A DNA stretch of 28,416 bases from an uncultured Eubacteriales bacterium (lineage in GTDB: Bacteria > Bacillota > Clostridia > Oscillospirales > Acutalibacteraceae), in contig CAYJJU010000019.1 in the NCBI GenBank assembly GCA_964370635.1, forward strand, positions 4,900 through 33,315. The letters run 5' to 3'. The notes beneath the pieces were generated by a model, which was given only the letters and a program-made list of their open reading frames with translations, ran no database searches and had not been told where the DNA came from. Positions within the stretch are counted from its first letter, which is position 1; every line of letters begins with the position of its first letter. Both the position numbers and the translations under genes were made by a program. Below are positions 1 to 7,911 of this stretch, one piece after another.

Positions 1-3000
1 ATAAACGGCGGCAATGTCACGGCAGAGAGTACGTATGGTGCGGGCATCGGCGGCAGTTCTGGCAGTAGTATCGGTGGTGCCGGTGGCACAGTTACGATAA
101 ACGGTGGCAATGTCACAGCAGAGAGTACGTTTGGTGCGGGCATCGGCGGCGGTGACGGCATCAATATGGGTGATCCCGGAATATTTTCCACGGGTACAGA
201 CGGCAATGCCTTTATTGTGGCCTCCTCTATCTCTGATAACTACATCACAAGCGACTGGTCGGGTGTAATATTTGAGGGTGATGAAGGAGGAGTGTATGGA
301 AGTTCTGTAACACTTGAAACAGACGCAGAAATTCCCGCGGGAAAAACACTTACTATATATCCAGGGCAAACCCTGATTGTTGCAAATGGTGTAACTCTTA
401 CAAATAACGGAGAGATTTACACTTTTGGAAGTGGTGATGTTAGCGGTACAGTTAATGGAAATCAGCCTGTAGGGACAGAATATGACGTGCCGTATATTGA
501 TGAAAATGGAGATGCAAAAACTGCAGACAGTGCCACAGAAGTGAGAGCGACCGACACGGCATGGGGCAGTGCAGGTAGCACAACTTGGTATGTGGCGCAA
601 GGGCGTATCACAAACGCTAATCGCATAGTAGTAACAGGCGATGTCCACCTAATTTTGAATGATTGGACTACTTTACAGGCGACACAGGGTATACAAGTTG
701 AGGACGGCAACAGCCTTACTATATACGGACAGTCATACGGCAAAGGTGTGCTTATTGCGGCACAGAGTGATGCAGGTGCATACACTGCCATTGGCAATAG
801 CACAAATGCGGCGATAGGCGGCAATGCTGATAAAGACGGTGGCACAGTTACGATAAATGGTGGCCATGTCACAGCAGTGAGTGAGTTTGGTGCGGGCATC
901 GGCGGTGGTGCCGGTGTTAGCGGTGGTGACGGTGGCATAGTTACGATAAACGGCGGCAATGTCACAGCAGTGAGTGAGTTTGGTGCGGGCATCGGCGGTG
1001 GTGACAGTCCTGTCGGTACTGCTGGTGGCATAGTTACGATAAACGGCGGTAATGTCACTGCCGAGAGTAGTGAAGCTGCAGGCATCGGCGGTGGTTACGA
1101 CGGTTATCCCGGAACATTTTCCACGGGCACAGACAGCAATGCCTTTATTGTGGCCTCCTCTATCTCCGACAAAGACGAAATAAACAGCTGGTCAGGTGTA
1201 ATATTTGAGGATGATGCAGGAGAAGTGTATGGAAGTTCTGTAACACTTGAAACAGACGCAGAAATTCCCGCGGGAAAAACACTTACTATAAATCCAGGTC
1301 AAACATTGATCATCCCTCGAGGTGTTCGATTCAATATCTCTACAGGCGCCACACTTATCAACGATGGCAATATACAGGTGAAAGGTAGTCTGATAGGCAT
1401 ATTAGATGCTACAGGCAAAGGAACGTTAGATGGCGAAATTGCTGCACTTTCCCACTATATTAGTCAATCTAAATTGCATTTTAGAGCGATTGACGGGCAA
1501 AATCAATACAGCATCGATGGCGGTACCAGTTGGGTATACTACTTCGGTGATATATTTATTTTAATGACCACCACAACAAATAGCGTGGTGGTGGAAAGTG
1601 GCGTCCATAACATCACTTTAGAAGGCGTGAGTATTGACTTGTCGGGTACAGGAAATGCGTGTGCATTTGATATACAAGGCACAGGCACAGCAAACATAAC
1701 CCTAATTGGCACAAACACGCTTATAAGTGGTGAAAATAAAGCAGGCTTGCAAGTGGGAACTGACGCAGCGGTAAACATTACCGGCACAGGCTCACTTAAC
1801 GCAACAGGTGGAACGTCAGGCGCCGGCATAGGCGGTGGAAATATCACCATAAGTGGCGCACCTACAATTACCGCAACTGGTGGTGGAGTGGACGGTAACG
1901 GACTACTTGGACTACACGACCTTAATACTATAGCAATACCAAACACGCTGACATATGCAATGGACGGCAGTGCTATACCTGCAACAGGCTTTACTCTAGG
2001 TACAGGCGCAGACGTCGATTTTAACAAGCAATTTGTAAAAATCGAGCCGTCAATGGTGATAAACTTTGAGTCAAATGGCGGTAGTCAAGCCATGGAAAAT
2101 GGGTATGCCATAAAAGATACACAGTACACCTTACCAGAAAATGCCTTTACAGCACCGACAGATAAAATATTTGACACATGGGACGCAGGCCAACCTGGCG
2201 AAAAGATTACAGTCACAGGCGACATGACCATTAAGGCAATATGGAAGAACTTATTAAGCCAAGACCTACAATTTGCAAATGGAAGCATGACAAAAACCAT
2301 AGGTGACGCTAAGTTTACAAATACTTTAGCAGGTGCAAAAACGACAGTGACTTACATGAGCACAAACGAAGACGTTGCAACAGTAAGCGCAACCGGCGAG
2401 GTGACAATACTTAAGGCAGGAACTACAACAATCGTGGCAATCGCAGAAAAAAGTGATACATACTTTGAAAAAATGGCGCAATATTCACTGCAAATAGAGG
2501 AAAAAGTACCGACAAGTTTTGAAGATATAAAAGATTTTATAGCCTCGTTTGACGTGGATTTCAAACAAATAGTAAAAATTATATTTAATAATGTTGAATT
2601 AGAACTTACAAAAATTGATGAAAATACTTACAGACTTTCGGGTTATCCGTCGGGCGACTCAGTTGTAATAGGAACCGCGGTAGACGGCAGTGTTATAGTA
2701 ACCCTAAACGCAGAGTTCTTAAAAACTTTGCCACAAGGAAACTATAGTCTATCGGTGACAACTTTGTCGGCACCAGACACCCCAGTGGCAACACTGACAG
2801 TATCGGTGCCACAAGCACCAACCCCAACAGTGACAACACAACCAACAACTACCCCAACTACGACTCCAACAACTACCCCAACTACGACTCCAAGCATTAC
2901 CCCAGAAACAGGCGATGATTTTAACCCCGTGTTATGGATATCGATTTTAGCAGTGAGTTTAGTAGCAGTTGTGATTGTAATTATAGTTAAGAAGAAATCA

Positions 3001-3006
3001 AAATAA
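1..3006 (+). CDS. Cell-surface repeat protein, 5'-truncated by the window edge. It has GAGIGGG beta-helix-like repeats, a Listeria-Bacteroides-type repeat, a Big_2-like Ig domain, a PT-rich linker and a C-terminal sorting-signal-like anchor.
   Basis: Frame 1 is open from base 1, so the ORF-track ATG at 166 is internal. Bases 1-165 translate to INGGNVTAESTYGAGIGG...TVTINGGNVTAESTFGAGIGGG, the same repeat as at 838-1100. Other recognisable parts: VINFESNGG...FDTWD...IKAIWK (about 2053-2246), VATVSATGEVTILKAGTTTIVAIA (Big_2-like), and a TTPTTTPTTTPTTTP linker. The C-terminus is ITPETGDD, then hydrophobic VLWISILAVSLVAVVIVIIV, then a KKKSK tail. Confidence 0.85.
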   Translation: MNGGNVTAESTYGAGIGGSSGSSIGGAGGTVTINGGNVTAESTFGAGIGGGDGINMGDPGIFSTGTDGNAFIVASSISDNYITSDWSGVIFEGDEGGVYGSSVTLETDAEIPAGKTLTIYPGQTLIVANGVTLTNNGEIYTFGSGDVSGTVNGNQPVGTEYDVPYIDENGDAKTADSATEVRATDTAWGSAGSTTWYVAQGRITNANRIVVTGDVHLILNDWTTLQATQGIQVEDGNSLTIYGQSYGKGVLIAAQSDAGAYTAIGNSTNAAIGGNADKDGGTVTINGGHVTAVSEFGAGIGGGAGVSGGDGGIVTINGGNVTAVSEFGAGIGGGDSPVGTAGGIVTINGGNVTAESSEAAGIGGGYDGYPGTFSTGTDSNAFIVASSISDKDEINSWSGVIFEDDAGEVYGSSVTLETDAEIPAGKTLTINPGQTLIIPRGVRFNISTGATLINDGNIQVKGSLIGILDATGKGTLDGEIAALSHYISQSKLHFRAIDGQNQYSIDGGTSWVYYFGDIFILMTTTTNSVVVESGVHNITLEGVSIDLSGTGNACAFDIQGTGTANITLIGTNTLISGENKAGLQVGTDAAVNITGTGSLNATGGTSGAGIGGGNITISGAPTITATGGGVDGNGLLGLHDLNTIAIPNTLTYAMDGSAIPATGFTLGTGADVDFNKQFVKIEPSMVINFESNGGSQAMENGYAIKDTQYTLPENAFTAPTDKIFDTWDAGQPGEKITVTGDMTIKAIWKNLLSQDLQFANGSMTKTIGDAKFTNTLAGAKTTVTYMSTNEDVATVSATGEVTILKAGTTTIVAIAEKSDTYFEKMAQYSLQIEEKVPTSFEDIKDFIASFDVDFKQIVKIIFNNVELELTKIDENTYRLSGYPSGDSVVIGTAVDGSVIVTLNAEFLKTLPQGNYSLSVTTLSAPDTPVATLTVSVPQAPTPTVTTQPTTTPTTTPTTTPTTTPSITPETGDDFNPVLWISILAVSLVAVVIVIIVKKKSK
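838..1100 (+). repeat. In-frame tandem coding repeats of about 93 bp (31 aa) inside the surface protein gene. A second array lies at 1-165.
   Basis: The string gttacgataaa(t/c)gg recurs at 91, 847, 940 and 1033. Each unit encodes (I/T)VTINGG(N/H)VTA(V/E)S..(G/A)AGIGGG. Confidence 0.85.
2902..3003 (+). other. Sortase-type cell wall sorting signal candidate: PETG, a hydrophobic helix and a basic tail.
   Basis: cca gaa aca ggc at 2902-2913 encodes PETG. About 20 hydrophobic residues and KKKSK follow, then the stop codon. This three-part layout matches LPXTG-class signals, but the motif reads TPETG rather than LPETG. Confidence 0.5.
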
Positions 3007-3256
3007 GAAAGCGGCCGAAAGGCCGTTTTCAGCGTGTCAAAAAAGTCATACTTTTTTGCACACGCTGTCGGACTGTCCAAAAATCTGCAAGACAAGGAAC
3101 AAATACTTGCAAATGACCGAGTAATACGAGGGTATATGAGGGAAATTTGCAAGTGTCTGTGACGCAGGAAGTAAAAAAAACGAGCCAAGCTGGCTCGTTT
3201 TTTGCGTTTGCGGGTTTTAGGGCAGTCTGAAAGCGGCCGAAAGGCCGTTTTTTTTG
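3007..3256 (+). repeat. Copy A of a roughly 250-bp hairpin-rich intergenic repeat (core 3031-3229), the inverted partner of 4597-4853.
   Basis: By eye, the reverse complement of 4628-4828 aligns with 3031-3229 with only scattered substitutions and 1-2-nt indels. Shared strings include ctgtcggactgtccaaaaatctgcaagacaaggaacaaatacttgcaaatgaccgagtaatacgagggtat and gagccaagctggctc. Terminal cggccGAAAggccg hairpins lie at 3012-3025 and 3234-3247. Confidence 0.9.
3012..3029 (+). terminator. Rho-independent terminator candidate after the surface protein gene.
   Basis: The stem-loop cggcc-gaaa-ggccg is followed by tttt, starting 6 nt after the TAA at 3004-3006. Confidence 0.6.
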
Positions 3257-3286
3257 GTAATAAGTAATAGTGAATAGTGAATAAGT
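3257..3286 (+). repeat. Heptamer micro-repeat array (taataag taatagt gaatagt gaataag).
   Basis: Direct reading of 3257-3286. The same heptamer family recurs at 26038-26070 and on the opposite strand at 25985-26013. Confidence 0.8.
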
Positions 3287-3308
3287 TTTGTAAATTCATA
3301 TTTAATGC

Positions 3309-3338
3309 TTGCAATTTATTACTTTCCTGTGCTAAAAT
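3309..3338 (+). promoter_or_regulatory. SigmaA-type promoter candidate for ilvE.
   Basis: TTGCAA (3309-3314), an 18-nt spacer ending in tgc (a TGn extended -10), then TAAAAT (3333-3338). Confidence 0.45.
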
Positions 3339-3363
3339 AATTAAATAAAGAAAATAAGAAAGA

Positions 3364-4443
3364 GTGATAATAGTGCTTAATATCAAAATAGAAAAAACTA
3401 CTACTCCAAAGGCAAAACCTTTAGACGAAACTAAATTAGGGTTTGGCAATATTTTTACAGACCATATGTTTATTATGGAATATAGCGTGGAAAAAGGCTG
3501 GCATGATGCTAAAATTACACCATATAAGCCAATTTCTATGGACCCTGCGTCTATGGTTTTTCACTATGGACAAGAGATGTTCGAGGGCTTAAAGGCATAT
3601 AATGCGGTAGACGGCAGAGTTTTAATGTTTAGACCACAGAAGAATATCGAGAGGGCAAACAATACAAACAGAAGAATTTGTATTCCTGAAATTAATCCCG
3701 AAGATTTTCTACAGGCAATGACTACACTTATAGATTTAGAAAAAGACTGGATTCCAAAATCAGAGGGCACATCGCTTTATGTAAGGCCTTTTGTAATTGC
3801 GACAGACCCATTCTTAGGGGTAAGACCGTCATTTACATATAAGTTTATGATAATTTTATCACCGGTAGGCGCCTACTATGCAAGTGGTTTAAATCCTGTT
3901 AAAATTTGGATAGAGGACGAGTATGTAAGGGCTGTAAAAGGCGGTATAGGTGAGGCTAAAACAGGCGGTAACTACGTTGCAAGCCTAGCGGCACAAAACA
4001 AGGCGCACGACGAAGGCTACTCACAAGTTTTATGGCTTGACGGAATAGAGAGAAAATATGTCGAAGAAGTGGGCGCTATGAACATCTTCTTTAAAATAGG
4101 TGATAAAGTTGTAACTCCGGCGCTTAGCGGAAGTATCTTACCGGGTGTCACAAGGGCGTCATGCATAGAGCTTATAAAAAGCTGGGGTATGGAAGTAGAG
4201 GAGAGAAAAATCTCGGTTGATGAGCTTGTAGGCGCTGCAAAAGACGGCAGTCTTAAAGAATGCTGGGGCAGTGGCACGGCGGCTGTAATTTCACCCGTTG
4301 GCACACTAAGATTTGGTGACGATGTAATGACCATAGGAGACGGCTCAATAGGAGAAGTAAGCCAAAAACTTTACGACACCGTAACAGGCATACAAGTTGG
4401 TAAAGTAGAAGATAAATTTGGATGGACTTTAGAAGTTAAATAA
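3364..4443 (+). CDS. ilvE: Branched-chain-amino-acid aminotransferase (fold-type IV PLP enzyme).
   Basis: Motifs FEGLKAY, LYVRPF, EAKTGGNYVASL, VEEVGAMNIFF and ILPGVTR, with a length near 355 aa. The start is uncertain: GTG at 3364 and GTG at 3373 are both possible. Confidence 0.9.
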   Translation: MIIVLNIKIEKTTTPKAKPLDETKLGFGNIFTDHMFIMEYSVEKGWHDAKITPYKPISMDPASMVFHYGQEMFEGLKAYNAVDGRVLMFRPQKNIERANNTNRRICIPEINPEDFLQAMTTLIDLEKDWIPKSEGTSLYVRPFVIATDPFLGVRPSFTYKFMIILSPVGAYYASGLNPVKIWIEDEYVRAVKGGIGEAKTGGNYVASLAAQNKAHDEGYSQVLWLDGIERKYVEEVGAMNIFFKIGDKVVTPALSGSILPGVTRASCIELIKSWGMEVEERKISVDELVGAAKDGSLKECWGSGTAAVISPVGTLRFGDDVMTIGDGSIGEVSQKLYDTVTGIQVGKVEDKFGWTLEVK

Positions 4444-4484
4444 AAAAAACGGCTGTGTCGTAATTGTTATAATCTATAAATTTT

Positions 4485-4565
4485 TGTAGGGGCGAACCTG
4501 TGTGTTCGCCCGAAACTAATGGTAAAATCCAAGGTTTCGGGCGGTCACATAGGCCCGCCCCTACA
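4485..4565. repeat. Nested REP-like palindrome: two inverted 32-nt units, each itself a GC-rich hairpin.
   Basis: The left unit is tgtaggggcgaacctgtgtgttcgcccgaaac. A 17-nt spacer follows. The right unit is gtttcgggcggtcacataggcccgcccctaca. The outer arms tgtagggg/cccctaca and cgaaac/gtttcg are complementary. The inner stems are gggcgaac/gttcgccc and gggcgg/ccgccc. Confidence 0.8.
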
Positions 4566-4596
4566 TTTGTGCAAATTTTTTCCTAACAGAGGTTTA

Positions 4597-4853
4597 TTGA
4601 CAGTCTAAAACGGCCGAAAGGCCGTTTCAGACTGTCGAAAAACCCGCAACCGCAAAAAAAATGAGCCAGCTTGGCTCATTTTTTTGCTTCCTGCGTCACA
4701 AACACTTGCAAATTTCCCTCACATACCCTCGTATTACTCGGTCATTTGCAAGTATTTGTTCCTTGTCTTGCAGATTTTTGGACAGTCCGACAGCGTGCGC
4801 AAAAAAAGTAGGACTTTTTTGACACGCTAAAACGGCCGAAAGGCCGTTTTTTT
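4597..4853 (-). repeat. Copy B of the roughly 250-bp hairpin-rich repeat (core 4628-4828), inverted relative to 3007-3256.
   Basis: See copy A. Terminal cggccGAAAggccg hairpins lie at 4611-4624 and 4833-4846. The central aaaaaaaatgagccagcttggctcattttttt looks like a bidirectional terminator. Confidence 0.9.
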
Positions 4854-4856
4854 AAT

Positions 4857-4887
4857 GGAGAATTGAGAATTATTAATGATTAATGAG
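4857..4887 (+). repeat. Heptamer/octamer micro-repeat array (ggagaatt gagaatt attaatg attaatg).
   Basis: Direct reading. The array overlaps the last codons and the stop codon of the minus-strand SEDS gene. Confidence 0.7.
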
Positions 4888-6078
4888 TTCAAATTCTTTA
4901 TAAGAAATTTTATGTGTGTCTCTATGCCTTAGTATGACTTTGCCTTGTCTGTTTCTTTGCATATAAACTGCCTGAACAATGCCTATTCCAAAATATAGAC
5001 ACATCGCAGACGAACCACCTGCGCTATAAAATGGAAGGGTGAGCCCGACAACGGGCAGAAGTGCCAAGGTCATACCTATATTAAATATGGTTTGAATTGC
5101 GATAAGTCCGAAAAAGCCAAAACACATTACCCTACCCATGTCGTCCTTAGCCTTAGACGAGATATATAAAAGTCGCAGTAAAAGTGCGAGCAGGCTCAGT
5201 ATTACAACAGAACAACCTATAAAGCCGAGTTCTTCGCCTACCACAGAGAAAATAAAGTCACTGTGTTGGAAAGTAACTATGTTAGACTCTACCCTAGGGC
5301 CTTGATATAAGCCTTGTCCGGTAAGTCCACCACTGCCTATAGAAAGCCTTCCCTGATATTGCTGGTAACCCTCTTCCATAATTACGGAGGGGTCGTCAAG
5401 GTTATAAACGGCCGTAAACCTGTCAATCTGATATTCTGCAAGGCCGAACTGCCATACTATGGGAAGCATTAGCATTATTATTATGCCTAAAATAGCAAAA
5501 TATCTGAAATTTATGCCTGCGGCAATACTCATAAAAATAAACATAAAGAAGAAAACAAGGCCGGCACCTATGTCATCTTGCCAAGCGCAAAGCGCAAAGG
5601 GCACAAAGGCGTGGGCGGCAAGGCCGATTACCTTTAAAGGCTGATTTAAGACGCCCTCTTCTTTAAGTATGTGTATATGTTTTGCAAAAGTTATGATAAA
5701 AGTAATCTTTACAAGCTCTGACGGCTGAAATGTTCTGCCGAAAATTGAAATCCATGCCGTGGCGTTAACACCGCCTGCACCGGAAACATTAATTCCGAAA
5801 ATCCTAGTATAAAGCATTAAAAGAATAGAAAATACCGCAATAAGCTTCCAATAATTTGAAAATTTATAGTAGTCAAACAAGGGGATAATTATCGCCACGG
5901 CAACTCCTACGACTATAGCGAAAAGCTGAGTGGAATAATAATCTGTTAGTGTAGCCCTTGAAACACTGTTTAATAGTATCAAGGAAAAAGTGGAAATAAA
6001 GGCTATTATCATCCATAAAACCTTGTCCATGTCTTTTATATAACGGAAAATTGAAGAAAAAATACCGTTTCTTTTCAT
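4873..6078 (-). CDS. SEDS-family peptidoglycan glycosyltransferase (RodA/FtsW/SpoVE family).
   Basis: The protein is polytopic and hydrophobic throughout. It carries QPSELVKI and LPFYSAGGSS, which resembles the canonical LPF(I/V)SYGGSS. Length is 401 aa. Confidence 0.85.
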   Translation of the reverse strand: MKRNGIFSSIFRYIKDMDKVLWMIIAFISTFSLILLNSVSRATLTDYYSTQLFAIVVGVAVAIIIPLFDYYKFSNYWKLIAVFSILLMLYTRIFGINVSGAGGVNATAWISIFGRTFQPSELVKITFIITFAKHIHILKEEGVLNQPLKVIGLAAHAFVPFALCAWQDDIGAGLVFFFMFIFMSIAAGINFRYFAILGIIIMLMLPIVWQFGLAEYQIDRFTAVYNLDDPSVIMEEGYQQYQGRLSIGSGGLTGQGLYQGPRVESNIVTFQHSDFIFSVVGEELGFIGCSVVILSLLALLLRLLYISSKAKDDMGRVMCFGFFGLIAIQTIFNIGMTLALLPVVGLTLPFYSAGGSSAMCLYFGIGIVQAVYMQRNRQGKVILRHRDTHKISYKEFELINH

Positions 6079-6235
6079 TAAATAAACCTCATGTTCTATA
6101 AGTTTGATATACCTTAGTATAACATAAAAAAATTTTTTTTCAACAAATTTAAACTTTATTTAAGAAATGCTTTACTATTAATTCATATTATTATATAATT
6201 TTTATGTTAGTAAAAATTTTTAAGGAGGATAATTT

Positions 6236-7909
6236 ATGTATTCTGATATTGAAATAGCTCAAAAGGCAAAACTCATTCCTATTACACAAATTGCAAGTGA
6301 TTTAGGAGTTTTTGAAGAGGAGCTTGAACCATACGGACGGTTCAAGGCGAAAATTAATGACAAACTATTTGAAAGACTTAAAGATAAAGAGGACGGAAAG
6401 CTAATACTGGTTACCGCAATTAACCCAACCCCCGCAGGCGAGGGTAAAACAACTACCTCGGTAGGTTTAGGCCAAGCGATGAAAAAAATCGGCAAAGATG
6501 CGATTATCGCACTTAGGGAGCCATCTTTAGGCCCTGTTTTCGGAATTAAAGGCGGAGCCGCCGGCGGTGGATATGCACAAGTACTTCCCATGGAGGATAT
6601 TAATCTTCACTTTACAGGCGACATGCACGCTATAGGCGCTGCAAACAATTTGTGCTGTGCCTTGCTTGATAATCACATGCAACAAGGAAATGAGCTGTCG
6701 ATTGACCCTAGAAGAATTTTAATAAAACGCTGTGTCGACATGAACGACAGGGCCCTTAGAAACGTAGTAATAGGCCTTGGCGGCAAAATAAACGGCGTTC
6801 CTAGGGAAGATGGATTTATTATCACCGTCGCAAGTGAAGTCATGGCAATACTTTGTTTGGCCTCAGATATAAGCGACCTTAAAGTAAGACTTGGTAAAAT
6901 GTTAATCGCCTATACCTATGATAATAAACCGGTTTATGCAAAAGATATTTTAGCAGATGGTGCCATGACAGCGCTTTTAAAAGATGCAATAAGTCCAAAC
7001 TTAGTACAAACTTTAGAGGGCACACCGGCTGTGCTTCACGGTGGACCTTTTGCAAATATCGCACATGGTTGCAACTCTGTAAGGGCGACAAAACTATCTC
7101 TTAAACTTGCAGATTACTGCATTACAGAGGCAGGTTTTGGCTCAGACCTTGGTGCAGAAAAATTCTTAGACATAAAATGTCAAGCATCAGGCTTAAAACC
7201 GTCTTGTATAGTAATAGTCGCAACTGTAAGGGCACTTAAATATAACGGTGGAGTGCAAAAAGCCGACTTAGTGAGTGAAGATGTAGCGGCACTTGAAAAA
7301 GGAATAGTAAATTTAAAGGCTCATATAGAAAACATGCAAAAATATGGTGTTCCCGTAGTTGTTGCAATAAACAAATTCCACACAGACTCAGACGCTGAGA
7401 TAAATGTTATAGATAAATGCTGTAAAGACATGGGCGTGTCTTATGCACTTTCAGAGGTTTTCACAAAAGGTGGAGAGGGCGGAATAGAGCTTGCAAGGGC
7501 TGTATGTAGCGCCGTAGACCTTGCCGATACCGATAAATTCACACCAATTTATTCACTTGATAAAACTATAGAAGAGAAACTTGATATAATTGCAAAAGAA
7601 ATTTACGGTGCAAATTCTGTAGTGTTTAGCGCACAGGCGAAAAAATCACTTGCTGATATTAAGGCTTTAGGTGGGGATAAACTTGCCGTATGCGTTGCAA
7701 AAACACAGTATTCGCTATCGGATAATGCCACTCTTTTGGGAAGACCAAAAGATTTTAGCATTACGATAAGAGATTTAAAACTTTCAAACGGCGCAGGTTT
7801 TGTTGTCTGCTACGCAGGAGATGTAATGACCATGCCGGGGCTTCCAAAAGTTCCTGCGGCAAACAAAATCTATGTTGACGAAGAAAATACAATTCACGGA
7901 TTATTTTAA
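6236..7909 (+). CDS. fhs: Formate--tetrahydrofolate ligase.
   Basis: It has the [15 protein letters not shown] nucleotide-binding loop and is 557 aa. The RBS aaggagg sits 7 nt upstream of the ATG. Confidence 0.95.
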   Translation: MYSDIEIAQKAKLIPITQIASDLGVFEEELEPYGRFKAKINDKLFERLKDKEDGKLILVTAINPTPAGEGKTTTSVGLGQAMKKIGKDAIIALREPSLGPVFGIKGGAAGGGYAQVLPMEDINLHFTGDMHAIGAANNLCCALLDNHMQQGNELSIDPRRILIKRCVDMNDRALRNVVIGLGGKINGVPREDGFIITVASEVMAILCLASDISDLKVRLGKMLIAYTYDNKPVYAKDILADGAMTALLKDAISPNLVQTLEGTPAVLHGGPFANIAHGCNSVRATKLSLKLADYCITEAGFGSDLGAEKFLDIKCQASGLKPSCIVIVATVRALKYNGGVQKADLVSEDVAALEKGIVNLKAHIENMQKYGVPVVVAINKFHTDSDAEINVIDKCCKDMGVSYALSEVFTKGGEGGIELARAVCSAVDLADTDKFTPIYSLDKTIEEKLDIIAKEIYGANSVVFSAQAKKSLADIKALGGDKLAVCVAKTQYSLSDNATLLGRPKDFSITIRDLKLSNGAGFVVCYAGDVMTMPGLPKVPAANKIYVDEENTIHGLF

Positions 7910-7911
7910 TT

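Noticed and set aside
462-2564. Several long minus-strand ORFs (462-1085, 1539-2027, 2085-2300, 2352-2564) lie inside the surface protein gene.
   Set aside because: They are antisense shadow ORFs of a long, relatively GC-rich repetitive gene. Their products are low-complexity P/A/S/V strings, they lack RBSs, and they sit entirely within a well-supported plus-strand CDS.
3257-3363. A T-box or attenuator leader might lie upstream of ilvE. The same was considered for metG at 19971-19990.
   Set aside because: Only about 25 nt separate the predicted ilvE -10 box from the start codon. The metG upstream gap is 20 bp inside an operon. Neither leaves room for a T-box.
2742-3449. A 235-aa minus-strand ORF spans the PT-linker, the 250-bp repeat and the ilvE start.
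   Set aside because: It runs antisense through two real genes and through the hairpin-rich repeat. Its translation is a patchwork (GVVVGVVVG from the PT linker antisense, RPLS from the hairpins). The equivalent reading frame in copy B is broken up differently, so it is not a conserved protein.
3007-4853. The repeated GC-rich hairpins might have been a CRISPR array.
   Set aside because: There is no regular repeat-spacer periodicity. The hairpins are only 14 nt long and the repeats are inverted rather than direct. The intervening DNA is a gene and a 200-bp duplicated core. No cas genes are present.
6079-6235. A ZTP/pfl or THF riboswitch might lie upstream of fhs.
   Set aside because: The leader is uniformly AT-rich. 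It has no GC-rich conserved cores of the kind those riboswitches carry and no terminator or antiterminator alternative.
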